Assembly: GCA_964016885.1 (NCBI GenBank)
Contig: OZ024745.1
Span: 61,008,001 to 61,072,000 of the forward strand
Direction of reading: 5' to 3'
DNA from: Eledone cirrhosa
Lineage: Eukaryota
Length of the DNA stretch: 64,000 bases
The translations under genes were made by a program, and so were the position numbers. Below the pieces are notes generated by a model. The model did not search any database. It saw only the letters and a program-made list of their open reading frames with translations, and had not been told where the DNA came from. Shown here piece by piece: positions 39,650 to 54,174 of the stretch (its first letter is position 1; each line of letters opens with the position of its first letter).

Positions 39650-41397
39650 TAACTTGGAAAGAGAATGGTTACTTGAATTTTATGCCAAACTGGTTATGAA
39701 ACAATTTTCTTTTGAAAGTTTCTAATAACTGTCCTTATTATAATGGAATTAAGTGCGATGTATGTGTGACCATAATTCAGAACCTAGAAATGATGGGTTA
39801 ACACTCACACAACACTGAAAATATTTCTCTCACCACCTATGGTTCTTTTTGATTACCAACTGTAAGGAGTACTCCATACTTCCCCTAGTCTGTCATGGCT
39901 TACTAGCTCTATACGGACGTTTAAATTGAATAAATAAATAAATATTCCACTGATTACCTTTCTTTCAATGACCCACATTTCACTCACTACATCTCTTATT
40001 GTGATTGCCTCATCTACTTCCTTCCTTCTTTTTAGCCTTTTCACATTTTATTTTTCATTTTCACTAGTCTCTATATTACTACTTAGTCAAACCACTTTCG
40101 TCCGAAACTTCAGGCATTTTCTATTCCTCACATCTTTTGAGTTGATCTTTTTCTCCAATATGATCATCGATTTTTCTCTCAAGCTCATAAACTTAAGAAA
40201 AAAAAGAAAAACCTGTATCACTTGGATGATAAAATGGTAGCTTTATCTGTGATGACAACTTCATGTGCTAAAAACGGTGTACCCATTATTATACTCCTCA
40301 CAGGAGTGTGGGATTAAAAACAGTTCCACTCAGTAGCCATTTAGTCTCACTACCAAACAGATGCAGCTGTACATTGATGTAAAAATGGGAGCAAAACTAA
40401 CTATACTGATTATGCCAGTCTCTTCATCTGTGAACTCAATAGTTTTTAATGCCAGTTGTATGTAATATTATGCCAGCTACGCTTGGGAGGATATGCAACC
40501 CATCTTTCCTTTTCCTGCCTTTAAACTAATTACAATTTATCTTATAAGAAGCAGGTATAGGTACACAAACTGTGTAAACATATATATAAAGCAAAACCTG
40601 TGAGTGATTTCAGAGCCTAGCAAGTTCCCAGGTACATTTGGGGGTATAATATTACTATAAAATGAATGTTTATCTGAATATTACTTATTGCAATGTCAAT
40701 CAGCGTAAATGCTTGTAGTATTGTTTTACATTTTTCTTTTATTTGGTTTTCTTATAGAAAATTATGTGAATAAAAGTGTATAAAAAAAATAAAGATAGGA
40801 TCAACATCCTAAAAGAAATTTGCTGGTCATAGTGTATGTCTTAGATTAATTCCAATCTGAAGGTTAACAGGGGGAACAAAAAGTGGCTTGGCAGTATTGG
40901 TAGTGCATCAAACAAGGCATAGTTACACTTCTTTACAATCTCAGTTCAAATCCTGCCGAGGTTAGCTTTGCTTTTCATCCTTATGGAGTTGATAAAAGGA
41001 GGTACCAGTAATGTACCGGGGTCAATTTAGTCAATTTTCCCCTCCCCCAAAATTGTTGGCTTTGTGCCTAAATCAGAAACTATTATATAGTAAGTAATTA
41101 AATATAAAAATTGCTTTTCATCTTAGAATTCTTTAACATGGCTCTCTTTTATTTTGCTTGAGTTAGACCCAGTTAAACAAATAATTAATGTTAACAGAAT
41201 AATTAATGTAATGTGAATAGTAGTAAAAAGACTTACTCTTAGAATTTCATCTAAAAATAGCTCTGAATCACATTATATATATTATCATCATCATCATCAT
41301 CGTTTAACGTCCATTTTACTATGCTTGCATGGGTTAGATGGGTTGTCACTTTATGAGACAAGTCAGCTCCAGAGACCAACATGCTCATGCGTGTGTA

Positions 41398-41431
<34 letters not shown>

Positions 41432-43287
41432 ATTAGTCCTTCTATTTCTGGAGGAAATTTCCCTTGCATTGTTGTAGCCCTCTAAAACACTTTCCACGAT
41501 GTTTCAAGCAAATGACTATATATATAGCATCCTATATATATATATTATATATATATATACATTGTGGGCGGAGGTGGTGAGAGCAGACCTCAGATTGCTG
41601 AGGCTCACAGAGGAGATGATGAAGAACTGTGACAAGTGGAGAGATGCTGTGCTGAATAGGACCTGTCCCACCCTTGCAAGCAGGGAAAAGCGGACGTAAA
41701 ATGATGATGATGATGATGATGATGACATGCACACACTATGTTATGGTATTAATACATATTTAATATGTATGATGATCATGTTTCTCAATAAATTCAAATT
41801 ATATATTTGTGTATATGTATGTGTGTATAATTTCCCATTGATATCAATTAGACACTCTGAGATTATAATAAATATGAATTAACAACTTAATAGCTAGATG
41901 TCAGTACTGAACCCATACTACACCTTACATTCACTCTCCCACTCCCCCGTGAAAGATTTTGAGACAAATATTTGCAGAATACTACTATGAAGATATGAAT
42001 AATGATACTTAGAATAGCAGTCCCCCTCTCATTCCCTCTCTCAGGTGAGATCTGAAATGGCTCAGTGCATAAGGAATTAGTCTCATGGGTTTATGCTTGC
42101 AAGTTTCTAATTAATCAGCCTTGAGCAACTGTCACTTCTTAAGATTTTATCTAGTCAACATACATTAATTAAAGTCTTTTTATTCTTTATAACAGTGAAC
42201 TGTGCCATGATAATGATTTACAATTAGTTGGAAATATAGGAGCATTGCACAATTAAGTTGACAAATATAAATCATCAATAATTCGTCTAGTTGAACTTAC
42301 TCTAGTTGTATAATATCCTATGAACTTACTCTAGTTGTATGACATTCTATGAACTTATTCTAGTTGGATAAAGGGTGGAATATGCAGAGTTGGGTGGTGG
42401 GAAAATTGATAATTTTTCAAGGCTGTTTCTGTTGATTTAAAAAAAAAAACAGAATTAGTCATTTAGTTTACATATTGAGATCCCAACTAATCCTATTTAT
42501 TTTATAATGTATGGGATTTCTTTTTTTGTCGTGTGTAATGTTTTTTAATGTCTAAAGAAAATTGTCACAGGAATCCTGCCACTTAAAATAAAATTTCACC
42601 AGAGATAGATTAGCAAAATTTAATAAGCGGGGGTGGGTGGAATAAGAGCGGTGGGCGTGCGATTATTTGAGACCCAAGAGTAGGCCGGGTGAGCTCCATT
42701 TACTGAAACTTATGTTACAGAAGCAGCTGGTAGAAAGCTTGACTGAAATTCACACGCACTTCAGATATACAATACCTTGCTTAAAATTACACTGGATGAA
42801 AATTTGTCATTTTCATAGAAGTGAATGTATCTTCTTTGACATTACATTGCCCACTGGTTTGACCATCTAATGATAATCAAAAGACAAATGTAGATTACAC
42901 AGTTTCTATAGTACAGTTTATAAAGTTAAATGTATCATGCTAATTTTAGTAGGGAAGTAAAACAAAAGATTAAAAATAGATTTTTTTTTATCAACTATAA
43001 AGTGATTATACACACACACACACATGTTTATATATATATATATATATAAATTTGTCTTTGTCATCATAACAACATATGTGTTCTTCCAAGCTGGCAGTGG
43101 GGTATGAAGCTTGTCTAAATATATTTGGCACTGCTTCAAAGATATATAATAAATGAACTCCATTCTGATTGCATAATAAGTGGGGCACTGTTTTATGCAC
43201 TAGATCATTTGGTAGTGGAGCAGAAAATGTTGTGGTTGGATACCTTTTGATCCATTTTATTTCCTTAATTTAATTATATATATATGT

Positions 43288-43625
43288 GAAGGTGCATGGC
43301 TTAGTGGTTAGAGTATTGGGCTTGCAATTGGGAGGTTGTGGGTTTGATTCTTGGACCGGGTGATGTGTTGTGTTCTTGAGCAAGACACTTTAATTCACGT
43401 TGCTCCAGTTTACTCAGCTGTAGAAATGAGTTGCGACGTAACAGGTGCCAAGTTGTATCGGCCATAGCCTTTCCCTTGGACAACATCAGTGGCGTGGAGA
43501 GGTGAGGCTGGTATACATGGGTGACTGCTGGTCTTCCACAAACAACCTTGCCTGAACTTGTGCCTTGGAGGAAGATCTTTCTAGGTGCAAATCCAATGGT
43601 CATTCGCGACCGAAGGGGGTCTTTA
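43288..43625 (+). mobile_element. tRNA-derived SINE with a family 2 head and core but a different 3' body
   Basis: TGGCTTAGTGGTTAGAG...TTGAGCAAGACACTT...CTCAGCTGTAGAAATGAG, then an unrelated 3' region ending CGACCGAAGGGGGTCTTTA. Confidence 0.75.
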
Positions 43626-44879
43626 TTGATTTATATATTTATTTATATATATAAACAATGCCACAGAACCATAATGCTTCTCCCCCCTTTAGGTCATTAA
43701 TGCTGGGGGGGGGGGGGTATGAAATTTACATTAACCCTTTCATTACTGCATTTTTAATGAAATAAACTCTATCTTAATTAATCAATGAAGAATTTTGAGG
43801 GATTTACTAAAATGATTAATTATTTCATTTCTAAGATAGTAACTTAATGTAAGGTTCTTATATAAAATTATGCTGGAAGATTCTAATTTAAATTGGAAAC
43901 CTTTAAAATGGATGGTTTAATTTCATAGAACCAAAGGCTTAAACTCTGTTACTACTAACCAACAAAGCACTTGTTAACTAAACAGCATTTCTACATCATG
44001 TATGTATCTGCCCTTTAGAGGGTTTTGTTTTTCATCTCACAGGGTGTCCAAAATCCTCCTCCTCACCAAGCAAGCGTGGGGTTGTTGGTTGAGTCACCGA
44101 CGACCCAACCAAAGGGTGGAGGATCTCTAGGAGGTCACTCTGATATAAAACGCAACTTCGTTTGCATCCAATGATGTAGACCAGTTCTTCTTTTGATGTT
44201 CAAAGAGTGGGATTGGCCCCATGCAAAGCCTTTCATCACTTAAAAAAGCTTCAAGCATAGGCATCACTTGATATGTGACATTTTTTTGTGATACATGATA
44301 TTTCTGACCATAGGCAAGTTCCTAGCAGGACTCAAAAGCCATGACGTTCGTGCTTAAGTATCAAGTGACGGCATTACTTGAAATTGTGTTGCAGCCATCA
44401 TGTATGTATGTGTGTGTGTGTGTGCTCCATGACACACATGCACACATAGATTGAGTGTGTGAGAGAGATATTTGTGGATAGTATGTATGTATGTGTGTGT
44501 GTGTTTGCTTACACACATGCACACACAGGTTGAATTAGAGAGAGAGAGCTATCTGGATAGTATGCATGTTGACATGTTTGTGTGTGTGTGTTTGTTCACA
44601 CACATGCACACACATAGATTGAGTGAGAGACAAACAGACAGACAGAGACATAACACTGTTGGCAGAAAATACAGATTTTTGGCATAAATAAAAGTATTTT
44701 AGAACATTTAGGACAGTTTTGTCTTATTTTTAATTGAGCTTCCTGAATTAAAAAACAAAAAAAAATGTTTTTCACACAAAAGATTTTATATAGATTAATA
44801 ATAGTAGAAATAGTATAAAACTGGTCAAATAAGTATTAATAGTTTACTAGGTTGCTCATGGCAGAGCCACTACTTCTTC

Positions 44880-45140
44880 ACATTGAAAGATCATAGATTC
44901 TATATTACAGACATGTGGTTAGAATGTCTAATAGAATTGTTGGGCAGATTTTTACAGGCAAAGCCAGCTAGCAGGAGACCCAGAGGTAGACCATGAGCAA
45001 GATGGTTGGATAACATCCATAAGCTTGGTCTGGTGCTAAGGGTCGGTATGCTTGAGCTGTATAGTGGAGTGTGCTCCTGCTGGCCTACAAAATGGCTAAA
45101 ATCGGTTGTGTTTATCACCTCTGCTGTCCAAACTCCCTCT
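44880..45140 (+). mobile_element. Degenerate RTE LINE 3' fragment
   Basis: Encodes HVVRMS...RRPRGRP*ARWLDNI, the same type as the 32.6-kb element. Confidence 0.6.
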
Positions 45141-48100
45141 CGTGCGTCCCCGTTGCAGCACTGGCTCCACCAGGTTGGGTTAGGTTTGAAAGCAAGAGTT
45201 CGGTGCTATAACCGATGCAATGCTTGGATTGCCCTATCCTAAATTTCATCATATACTTGTGGCTGGGCACTGCTTGTGAAACCAATCGCCCGAAGAAATG
45301 CCATTGAAATGAACTTACACCGTGAATTCCTTCGATGGAGCTGGCTCAACCCACTCCAGGTGAATGCTGCCTCAAGTACAAATAAATATAAGCTCAGTTG
45401 ATCTTGCCTAATGGTTGCTTCTGATAGGACCCTCTGGAAGGTGTATCTGGGGCATCTGCCTCTACAACCCTCCCAGGAATAAGTGGGAGGAGGAAGACAA
45501 GAATAAGAAGTCATCATCATCATCATCATCATCATATATTTACAAACAAAAGAGATATTTTATCATTTGGTAAAATAAATCAGTTATTGTGAAGTTTGGC
45601 TTGTTTCAATTCCCCAGTTGGATTTACTTTATTCCAAACTTTAGAAATAGCACAAATGTTTCCACTTCCGTTCTCTTATAAATAAATCTTCGTCATTGTT
45701 GTTGTTGTTATGAAAATTTAAGAAATTCATGGTATTAACAGCATATGCCAGTATTCTTTCAGTCATGGAATTTGTGACCCAATTTTGATTCCTGTTAAAA
45801 TAGAACAACTGATTGTTTTCATTTCTTCTACTATATAACTTGAGGGCTTCATGCCTAATTAATGATAATGATAATAGTAATAATAATAATGGTAATAATA
45901 ATAATGATTTCTTGTATAGGCACAAGGCCAGTAATTTGGGAAGAGGGGAAAGTCGATTAAATTGACCCCAGTACGTTACTGATGCTTTATTTTATCGACC
46001 CTGTAAGGATGAAAGGCAAAGCTAACCATGGCAGGATTAATATTAATAAGGATTTCCTTTATTTGACACGAGTGTAAAATGGGGTGGGGGTGGGGGTCAT
46101 ATAATAATCAATTTTTATATTTTCTTTCCTATTTGATTATATGATATACTTTTTCATTTTTTTTATTTTTTATCATATATTCTCCAATTCTTCCCCAATT
46201 TTTACATCCGTTTTCCCCCATGCTAGTGTGGATTAGTCGTAACAGCAACTTGGCAGATCCATTAGGATGTTGGTTAGAATTCTTGGCAATATTTGTTCTG
46301 GCTCTCTGCATTCTCAGTTCAAATCCTGCTGAAGTCAACTTTGCCTTTCATCCTTTTGAGGTCGATAACAAAAAATACCAGTCCAGTTATCTAAAAGTCT
46401 AAAGCCTGTCTCAAGACAGGAGGCTTATCAGGCTGGTACTTATCCCAGTTTCATGGTGTGAAGTGACTCAGATTACAAGACTCCCCCTGGACAGGATGCC
46501 AGTCCATCGCAGGGTTAAAGTCTGTCTTAAGCTTCGAAGCTCGTCAGGCCGGTGCTTGTCCCTGTTTCTGTGGCATTAAACAACTGAGAATACAAGGCTT
46601 CACTCTGGACAAGACGCCAGTCTATTGCAGGGTTGAAGTCTGTCAGTGGGTAAAAAACTTCAGTCATCAGCTAAGTTTTTTACCCACTGACATCTTTCAA
46701 TAGGAAAAAATACATTATTGTCTATATGTTACACACTTTAAAGTGTTTGGTGATAGGAAGGACAGCCTGCTGTAGATACCTTGCCAAACAAAGGGTCAGG
46801 AGAACCCTTTAGTCATGTCAAGGACATGGCAGCCTCCCTAGTGTTGGTGATCTACATGATAAATACACCCCGTATATGTTGTAAAGTAGTTGGTGATAGG
46901 AAGGGCATCCAGCCATAGGAATCTTGCCAAACAAAGGGTTGAGAGGACCCTCAGTTGTGTGAAAGGCATGACAACCTCTCCTCAGCACTCGATGGAATGT
47001 GAGACCGTGCATAAGTACACAGGTCCCTGGCCTTCTTGGGAGATCAGTGGCTCCACTTCAGTACTGACTTGGTTTATATGGACCCATTCCACCCTTGCTA
47101 GCAGGGAAAGCAGACATTAAGACAATAATGATGATGATGTTATTGCTACAGTTGCGCCTGTTTTTATATCTACCTTTTCATTAATTGTTGAAGCAATTAA
47201 CATTATAATTGGAGGCTCTTCCCAGCATTCAGTTACAAAATCTGTTTTATATTTACATACTTTTTTAAATTTGACTGGCTATATTTTAAATTTGTGATCT
47301 TAGATTTACTTATTAAGTACCTTGACCTTAAAGCTGGTATATTTTGTTGTTGTTGCTGTTAATTATATGGTTGTATAAGTCAGGATTTGTTTAACCTGTT
47401 CCTTCCAGTATAATAGTTAAAAAAGAGATAGATAAAAATTGAAAAAAAATCATTAAAATATGTAAAGAACAAAGTCATATAATGTAGTATTTTGTTTCCC
47501 TATCAAACATGTTATAACACACACAGATATATATTTCTTTGTAAAACTGTTTCTATACTTTCTGGCATGTAATTTTCTGTTGATACCCAAACTACAGACG
47601 TTATGACTCATTTTATTTTGCCTTTTTTTTTTTAAAAGAGGGGCAAGTTTCTTGCTAAAAAATCAGTATTTATATTTCTTTGTACATTACTATTACCAAC
47701 TAAATACATTACTACTACCAACTAAATTTATCTAGTTTTACTAAACCAACAAGAGAGCCTCTGCCACAGTCATTTAATCTGGTGAATTAGTAGAGTTGCT
47801 AGAGAATGGGACTTTTGTCCCATTCTCTAGCAACTCTACTAATTCAATAATAATAATTGTTTCTACTTTTGGCACAAGGCCAGCAATTACCCAGTACATT
47901 ACTGGTACTTTATTTTATCGACCCCGTAAGGATGAAAGGCAAAGTTAACCTCGGCGGGATTTGAACACAGACCGTAAAGGGACGTAACTATGCTGGAAAG
48001 CATGGCGTCCGACTCTCTACTGATACTGCCAATCCACAATAATAATGCCTTCCTTTTTGTTCTGAATTCAAATCCTGCTAAGCTTAACTTTGTCTTTCAC

Positions 48101-49504
48101 CTTTTTGTGATGTATAAAATAACGTGCCAGCCAGTGGATTGGTTGAATTGTCAGATGGGATTGGCTGCTTTGCTGTATTTGTTCTGAGTTCAAATTTTAC
48201 TCTAGCCTATTAGAGTGTTATACATCTCTCACCTGGTTTAATGACCCTGCTTGGCCCTTTGAAGCTTTTTACCAGAGTTCACTCTGTTGCAAGTATCTAG
48301 ACCAGGTCTCTGTTTTCTGTGGCTGAAAGCCCTTCCTAATGTCAACCACTATACAGTGTGTACTGGGAGTGTTTTATTGTGGCACCAGCTTAACCATCTT
48401 ACAGGATGGACTGGGTGCTTATTGTCGTGGCACCAGCACTACTACCTTACAAGGTAGACTGGATGCTTTTGGATGTTCACTGTAACATTTCTTGTATTTA
48501 AATATTTATCTATTTGCACTATTTAGGCTAACAATGTCTTTAATATGCTCTTTTTTCCCCCTCCTCAATGAAATGGTATGGCCTAACCTCCATCATACAT
48601 ATATAAATATCATATTCACTCTCAGCAGTATCATTTGCACTTAATAAGTGTCTGTTGTTATCATTGCCCCTCCCACTGTCTAGCATGTTTTCAATGGATG
48701 TACAAAGACACATTTTTTTGGCACCATGTTGTTATTTTTCTCCATATTATAACTAAAGCTTAATTTAAAAGTCATGATAATTACTCATAAACATACCTAA
48801 ACATGTCCTCTTTTGCTACTTTTAGGAACCAGGTTTTTCCAAATTGTATCTCTTTCCTAAGTTTAGAGTTCAAATTCTGCCAATTTGACATTATCTTCCA
48901 TCCCCTCTTGGGTCAATACAAAAATAACTGTAATATACTCAGGTTATTGCAGTCAATTATTTCTCTCCTCTTCAACAATTCAGTATTTAATTTTGTCCCT
49001 TTATGTCCGGTATTCAGATCTTGCTTTATATCTCTAGTGTTTGAGTTAAGTACCAGTCAACTACTGTTGTTCAATATAATTGACTACACATTTGTGGCTG
49101 CCTCCACCTCCTCCTCCTTCCTGAGAGGGTCATGAGGGCCAAGTCCTTAAAAACTCCTTCCAGCAGGTCTACCTGGAGTGACTCCTGCCATTCTTTCCTG
49201 AGACATGGCCTTGTGCCAATTTGAGAAATCAAGATGTCCCCTATATTGTGTGATTCCATAATTATACTAGCTGGCCCTGTGGAAATTCCACTGTTGTTGA
49301 AAACTCAGACACAATAATTACTCTGACATATATTTGTTATTTCGTCATTGTATCATTTGAATCATTATACCATTAATTATCACTACCGTAATTTATATCA
49401 TTAATTTAATAGTTCTTTATACACAATGGTTTTAATGATAGTTTTTTTTTGTTTTTTCTCTTTGATTCTCACTCTCTTGCCTGTTGGTATTAAATACCCT
49501 AACA

Positions 49505-49880
49505 AAAGTCTAAGGCTAAAGTCTGCCTGAAGTCAGGCTGGTGCTTATCCCAGTTTCATCAGAGTACAGGACCCCCGACAAAACACCAGTTCACTGTAGG
49601 GTTAAAGTCTGTCTCAAGCCAGGAGGCTCGCCATGCCGGTGCTTATCCTGGTTTTGTGGCATGAAGCAAATGAAAGTACAAGACTCCCCACTAGACAGGG
49701 TACCTGTCCATTGCTGGGTTAAACTGCTGCCGGTACTCATTTTCAGCTGAGTATACTGGAGCAACGTGAAATAAAGTATTTTGTTTGAGAATACAACACA
49801 CGACCTAGTCCAGGAATCAATCCACAACATTATGATCGTTAGTCCAACACCCTTACAACTAGACCACGCACTTCCACACC
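49505..49880 (-). mobile_element. SINE (family 2-like head on the minus strand) with tandemly repeated 3' module; related dimer at ~46390-46640
   Basis: CAGCTGAGTATACTGGAGCAACGTGAAATAAAGT core (reverse), plus repeated AAAGTCTGTCT.AAG...GGTGCTTATCC modules. Confidence 0.6.
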
Positions 49881-52169
49881 CTAACAAAAACATTAGTTAA
49901 ATTTCTAACCCTAGAAAATGTAATATAAAATTATAATCCATGACTAAATACTAGCTGTAGCAAGTAGATCCCTATCTTATTAAATGTTTCACCCTGGACT
50001 TTGTTAATTCTTATTAAGTTAATCTAAATGGCAACTGAGTTCTTTGTAAAAGGTTCAATCTAACAATGCCTTTGCAGTTTTGTCCACGGGGCACAGCTCA
50101 GCCCAGCCATAGGCCCAGAGTCCATCATCCTCTCCCTTTCCCCTTCTCTTTCCTCTGTGGCCCAAGAGTGCTTGCTTTCTCCCTTCTTTTCCTCTCATTT
50201 ATGTCATTTACAGTCCTTTCCTCTACTTTCCCATACAGCCAGATTCCCCTTCTTTACCTCTTCCCCCTCTTTTTTTCATTATTTAATTTTATTTTTATCT
50301 TTCTTTTTCATATTTATGTAATTATCAATGGTTTTAAGTCGACTTTGTGAGTGAAACACGTGTATTGAGAACAAATATTTATTTTACCCCCCCCCCCCCC
50401 CCCCAAAAAAAAATTACATTAAAATACATGTTAAATAACTGACAATTAAAAAATATTAAATATTTAAAAAAAAAAAGCTACAGTCTTCATCTTCTTACCA
50501 CAATGACGACGACTACTACTGCTGCTCCCTGCATCAGCGGGTATCTCCACTGATAATATCACCAGCTGCAGTTCTCAGTACATCACATTTGTGTGTATGT
50601 GTGCATTTCATTACATTTGTCTATAAGCAACATTCACTCTCACTTTCTCTCTGACTTTTAGCCTCTGCCTCACAATGTTACTATTTCCTCTCTCGTCCAC
50701 ACTGTTCTCTCTCTCACTTCTTCTCCTACCAAAACTTTGCTCTCCCTCCCCCTCCTATCAAAACTTCTCTCTTTCTCTCACTTCCCCTCCCATCAGAATC
50801 TCTCTTTCACATTACATATGTACAAGCATATTAATATCAATGATGAGAGTAAGAGAAATTTCATTTTAATAACTTTAACAAAAGTGTGAATGTCACATAA
50901 TCTTATTTCTCTATAAATCTAAGGTCTTATGTTTATGTTTACAATCTTTTGGAGGAAACTTAGCATGCACTCTATAGTTCACTCTTCTTTACTCATCGCT
51001 AGAACAACCGTTAAAACAGCCAAATACTGTCATAGACAGCGATGGGCAAATATGCCTTAGAGCACAGGTTCTCAACCCATTTAGGCCAAACGCCCCCTTT
51101 TGTCCCTCAAAATCACGAAACGCCCCCTACCCTATTTTTCCATTTTTCAATATACTACTGATTTTGATATCAGTTGATTACTAAAAAATTGATTAACAAT
51201 ATTCCAAAGATACCATTGCAGGCAGCTGAGAGTATAAATACATTCCTTGAAAGGAAATATATCAATTTCAAAAAAAGGAACATAAATGTTCTTTTTTATG
51301 AATAAGGAAGGCTTAGTGGTTAGAGCATTGGGCTTGCAATCGAAAGGTTGTGAGTTCAATTCTCGGACCGGGTGATGTGTTGTTTCCTTGAGCAAGACAC
51401 TTTATTTCACATTGCTCTAGTTTACTCAGCTGTAGAAATAAGATGATAGGACTGGTATCCCTATCATTCCACTGCAAAGTGGTCGTGGAGGTGCCACGGC
51501 AAAAAAAGCACCCAGCCCACACTGTAAAAGTGGACGTGTAGGTGCCACGGAAAAAAAACCCAGCACTGTAAATGAGGTTGGTGTTAGGAAGGGCATCCAG
51601 CTGTAGAAATCAGTCCCTGTAGAGCAAGACAAGTCAGCCGACTGGACACTGCCCACAACAGGACAACCCATCTAACCCATGCTAGCATGGAAGAACGGAT
51701 GTAAAACGGTGCTGCTGAAGGACCAGTTAAATTTGTGATATTCCCACCAGGCGATACCAGCTATTTTGAACATTTATACAAGAGCAACTCTGTCTATCCA
51801 AAGAGTGGTCTTATCTGGAAGAAAGTGGCAATTATATCATTTCAAAGCTTTCCAATTTTCCTTTTATTGAAACAGACAGAATAAATGTTGATATCTAACT
51901 TGATGTCCCCTCCTCTTTGTGAGCTTAGAGACCGTGTAAGGGGGTTTCATGACTATATAAGAGGGTGTATTTATTAGTAAATGGTAAAATATATACAACA
52001 AATGAGTAAGTGAATTGCAGTCAGACTGCAACTACAAATAAAAAAATTGTTAGTTTGCTTTGTAACAATAGCATATCCAAGTTTTCGGATAAATCAACTT
52101 ACTTTAACTTTGACCTCATTTCAATGGAATCCTTGAGCTTCATGGAGTCTAGCTAACTCTTTGACATGA

Positions 52170-53148
52170 GGCTGAATTTTCGTAAGATGTAGCTAGCGAT
52201 CTCCACGAGTAATTACATTGTAGCAGTTGCACCAAACCTCCTCTCGACTAAGTATGAACTTGGAAAAGGCAGAGCAAATCTCTTAGCCTCTGCATGTAGG
52301 AGTGGAAATCGACGCTGAATTTCCTCTTGCATCCAAAAAAGGGGTTCACCTATTTTGGGAAATCTAATTTTGATCATGTTATCTGCTTGAAGTTCAATGA
52401 ATTCTTCCTGAAATTTAACGTTCAAATCGTCGACGGTAGCTATGAAGGGATCTGCTATCCACATTGGGATATCCATCGGCAAAAGGTCGACAAACTGTTC
52501 TCTCATGTTGTCTTGTAGTGCATGGAAGTGAGCGGTATAAATTTGGAGTTGGTCATCGCTTACAATGTTTTGAACATTGGCGACACTAGGAAAATTATAG
52601 AATTCCCGTCAACAAAGATTCCTTTCGATGACATTCAATTTGGCCAGGAATGTTTTCACAGCATTCCTTTCTTTAAGCAAGGTGATCTTCTTCCCCTGCA
52701 AAGCCATAATGACGCTATTGCATTTGTCAAAGGTGTTAGCGAGGTAGGCGCAGTCTTGCCTCACATCGAGGGTTTTCTTGTACAGTTCTGTGTTGCGTCC
52801 TCGAAGAAACTCAATGATAGAGTCGAACAGTTCAAAGAAGTGAGTAAGGCACTTGCCCTTTGAAAGCCACCTCACTTCAGTATGAAGGAGCAACTTGACG
52901 AATTCTTCGTCATTATCTTGGTACAGTTGCCGAAAATTTTCTTCATTGAGGGAATGGTGTTTGATAAAATTGATGACATCAATGGCCACCTGCAAGGACT
53001 TGCTCAGTGGCTCACTGAGTTTCTTCACAGCCAAGTGTTGTTGATGAATGACACAATGAACAGCAAATACAGATAGATTTTCTCTCTTCAGAAGAGTGAA
53101 GAAACCCTTATGTTGGCCGACCATTGCTCTTGCGTCATCCGTAGCACA
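52170..53148 (-). pseudogene. Buster/Charlie (ZBED8/SCAND3-like) hAT transposase pseudogene, C-terminal part
   Basis: ATDDARAMVG, HCVIHQQHL, LLLHTEVRWLSKG, WIADPF and LPFPSSYLVERRF motifs; frameshifted, with the N-terminus missing. Confidence 0.9.
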
Positions 53149-53149
53149 T

Positions 53150-53470
53150 GATACAATGTGTATTGTATGTGGTCCTAGATGTATGTATTACCTCCCTGTG
53201 TGTTGTATGCAGTCCTAGATGTATGTATTACCTGCTTATGTATTGCATGTGGTCCCAGCTGTATGTATTACCTGCTTGTGTGTTGTATGTGGTCCTAGAT
53301 GTGTGTATTACCTGCTTATGTGTTGCATGTGGTCCTAGATGTGTGTATTACCTGCTTATGTGTTGTATGTGGTCCTAGATGTGTGTATTACCTGATTATG
53401 AGTTGTATGTGGTCCTAGATGTGTGTATTACCTGCTTATGTGTTGTATGTGGTCCTAGATGTGTGTGCTA
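53150..53470. repeat. 40-bp minisatellite, about 8 copies
   Basis: Unit ATGTGGTCCTAGATGTGTGTATTACCTGCTTATGTGTTGT. Confidence 0.95.
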
Positions 53471-54174
53471 CCCGCTTTTGTGTTTTTTCTTTTCTTTTTT
53501 TATTTGTAATATTATTTATACAATAGGGAATAAAATAGATCTACATAGTGTTAACTTGTTACGGTTGAGTCAATAATTTCAGACATGAAATACATTGTTA
53601 TCTTTGAAGCAAAAACAAGATTCAAACTGGCTCCCGCCCAAAGTGTCCTTGACCCAGTTGACTGTGGGTTTTTTCCATTTTTAAGATCTCAATTGCCGGT
53701 TAATGTTTAGACACGCCTGCAGACCTGCTTACAGCTACGGTCAGACCATAGTTATGCTGTCTGCATGGTCATTCAAATGCATTCACACTGGCTGTCTCAG
53801 AGACATACAAATATGGCTTATAAAACTTACCAAAGTAAAGGGCCTTCTAGCGCCCCTGATGCCCTCTTGTTCCAAAACGCCCCCCCCCCCCCCCCTGGAG
53901 TTCCAAAACGCCCCCTGGGGGTGCATATGCCTCCCGTTGAGAACCTTTGCCTTAGAGGGTAGAGACCAGTGGCCAGAGGTAGACAAGCAGATGAAATATA
54001 GAAAATATTGAAAGAGGAGAAGGACAAGGAGGAGTGTGTTGGCACACAGAAATAACTATAAAAAAAAAAAAAAAAGGCAATGTACAAGACAAGTTCTCTC
54101 TCTCTCTCACACACACACACCTTCACCCTCATCAGCTCTTAAACCATCAAAATGGTGTTGCATATTTGTTAAAA

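Larger units (their letters stand above)
51063..53949 (-). mobile_element. hAT (Buster/Charlie-type) DNA transposon, defective, with both ends intact
   Basis: 8-bp TSD CCTTAGAG at 51055-51062 and 53950-53957. 14-bp TIRs CACAGGTTCTCAAC / GTTGAGAACCTTTG, subterminal AAACGCCCCC motifs and an internal transposase relic. Confidence 0.92.

Noticed and set aside
52213-53124. Domesticated ZBED/SCAND3-like host gene
   Set aside because: It is frameshifted, truncated and enclosed by TIRs and an 8-bp TSD, so it is a transposon relic.
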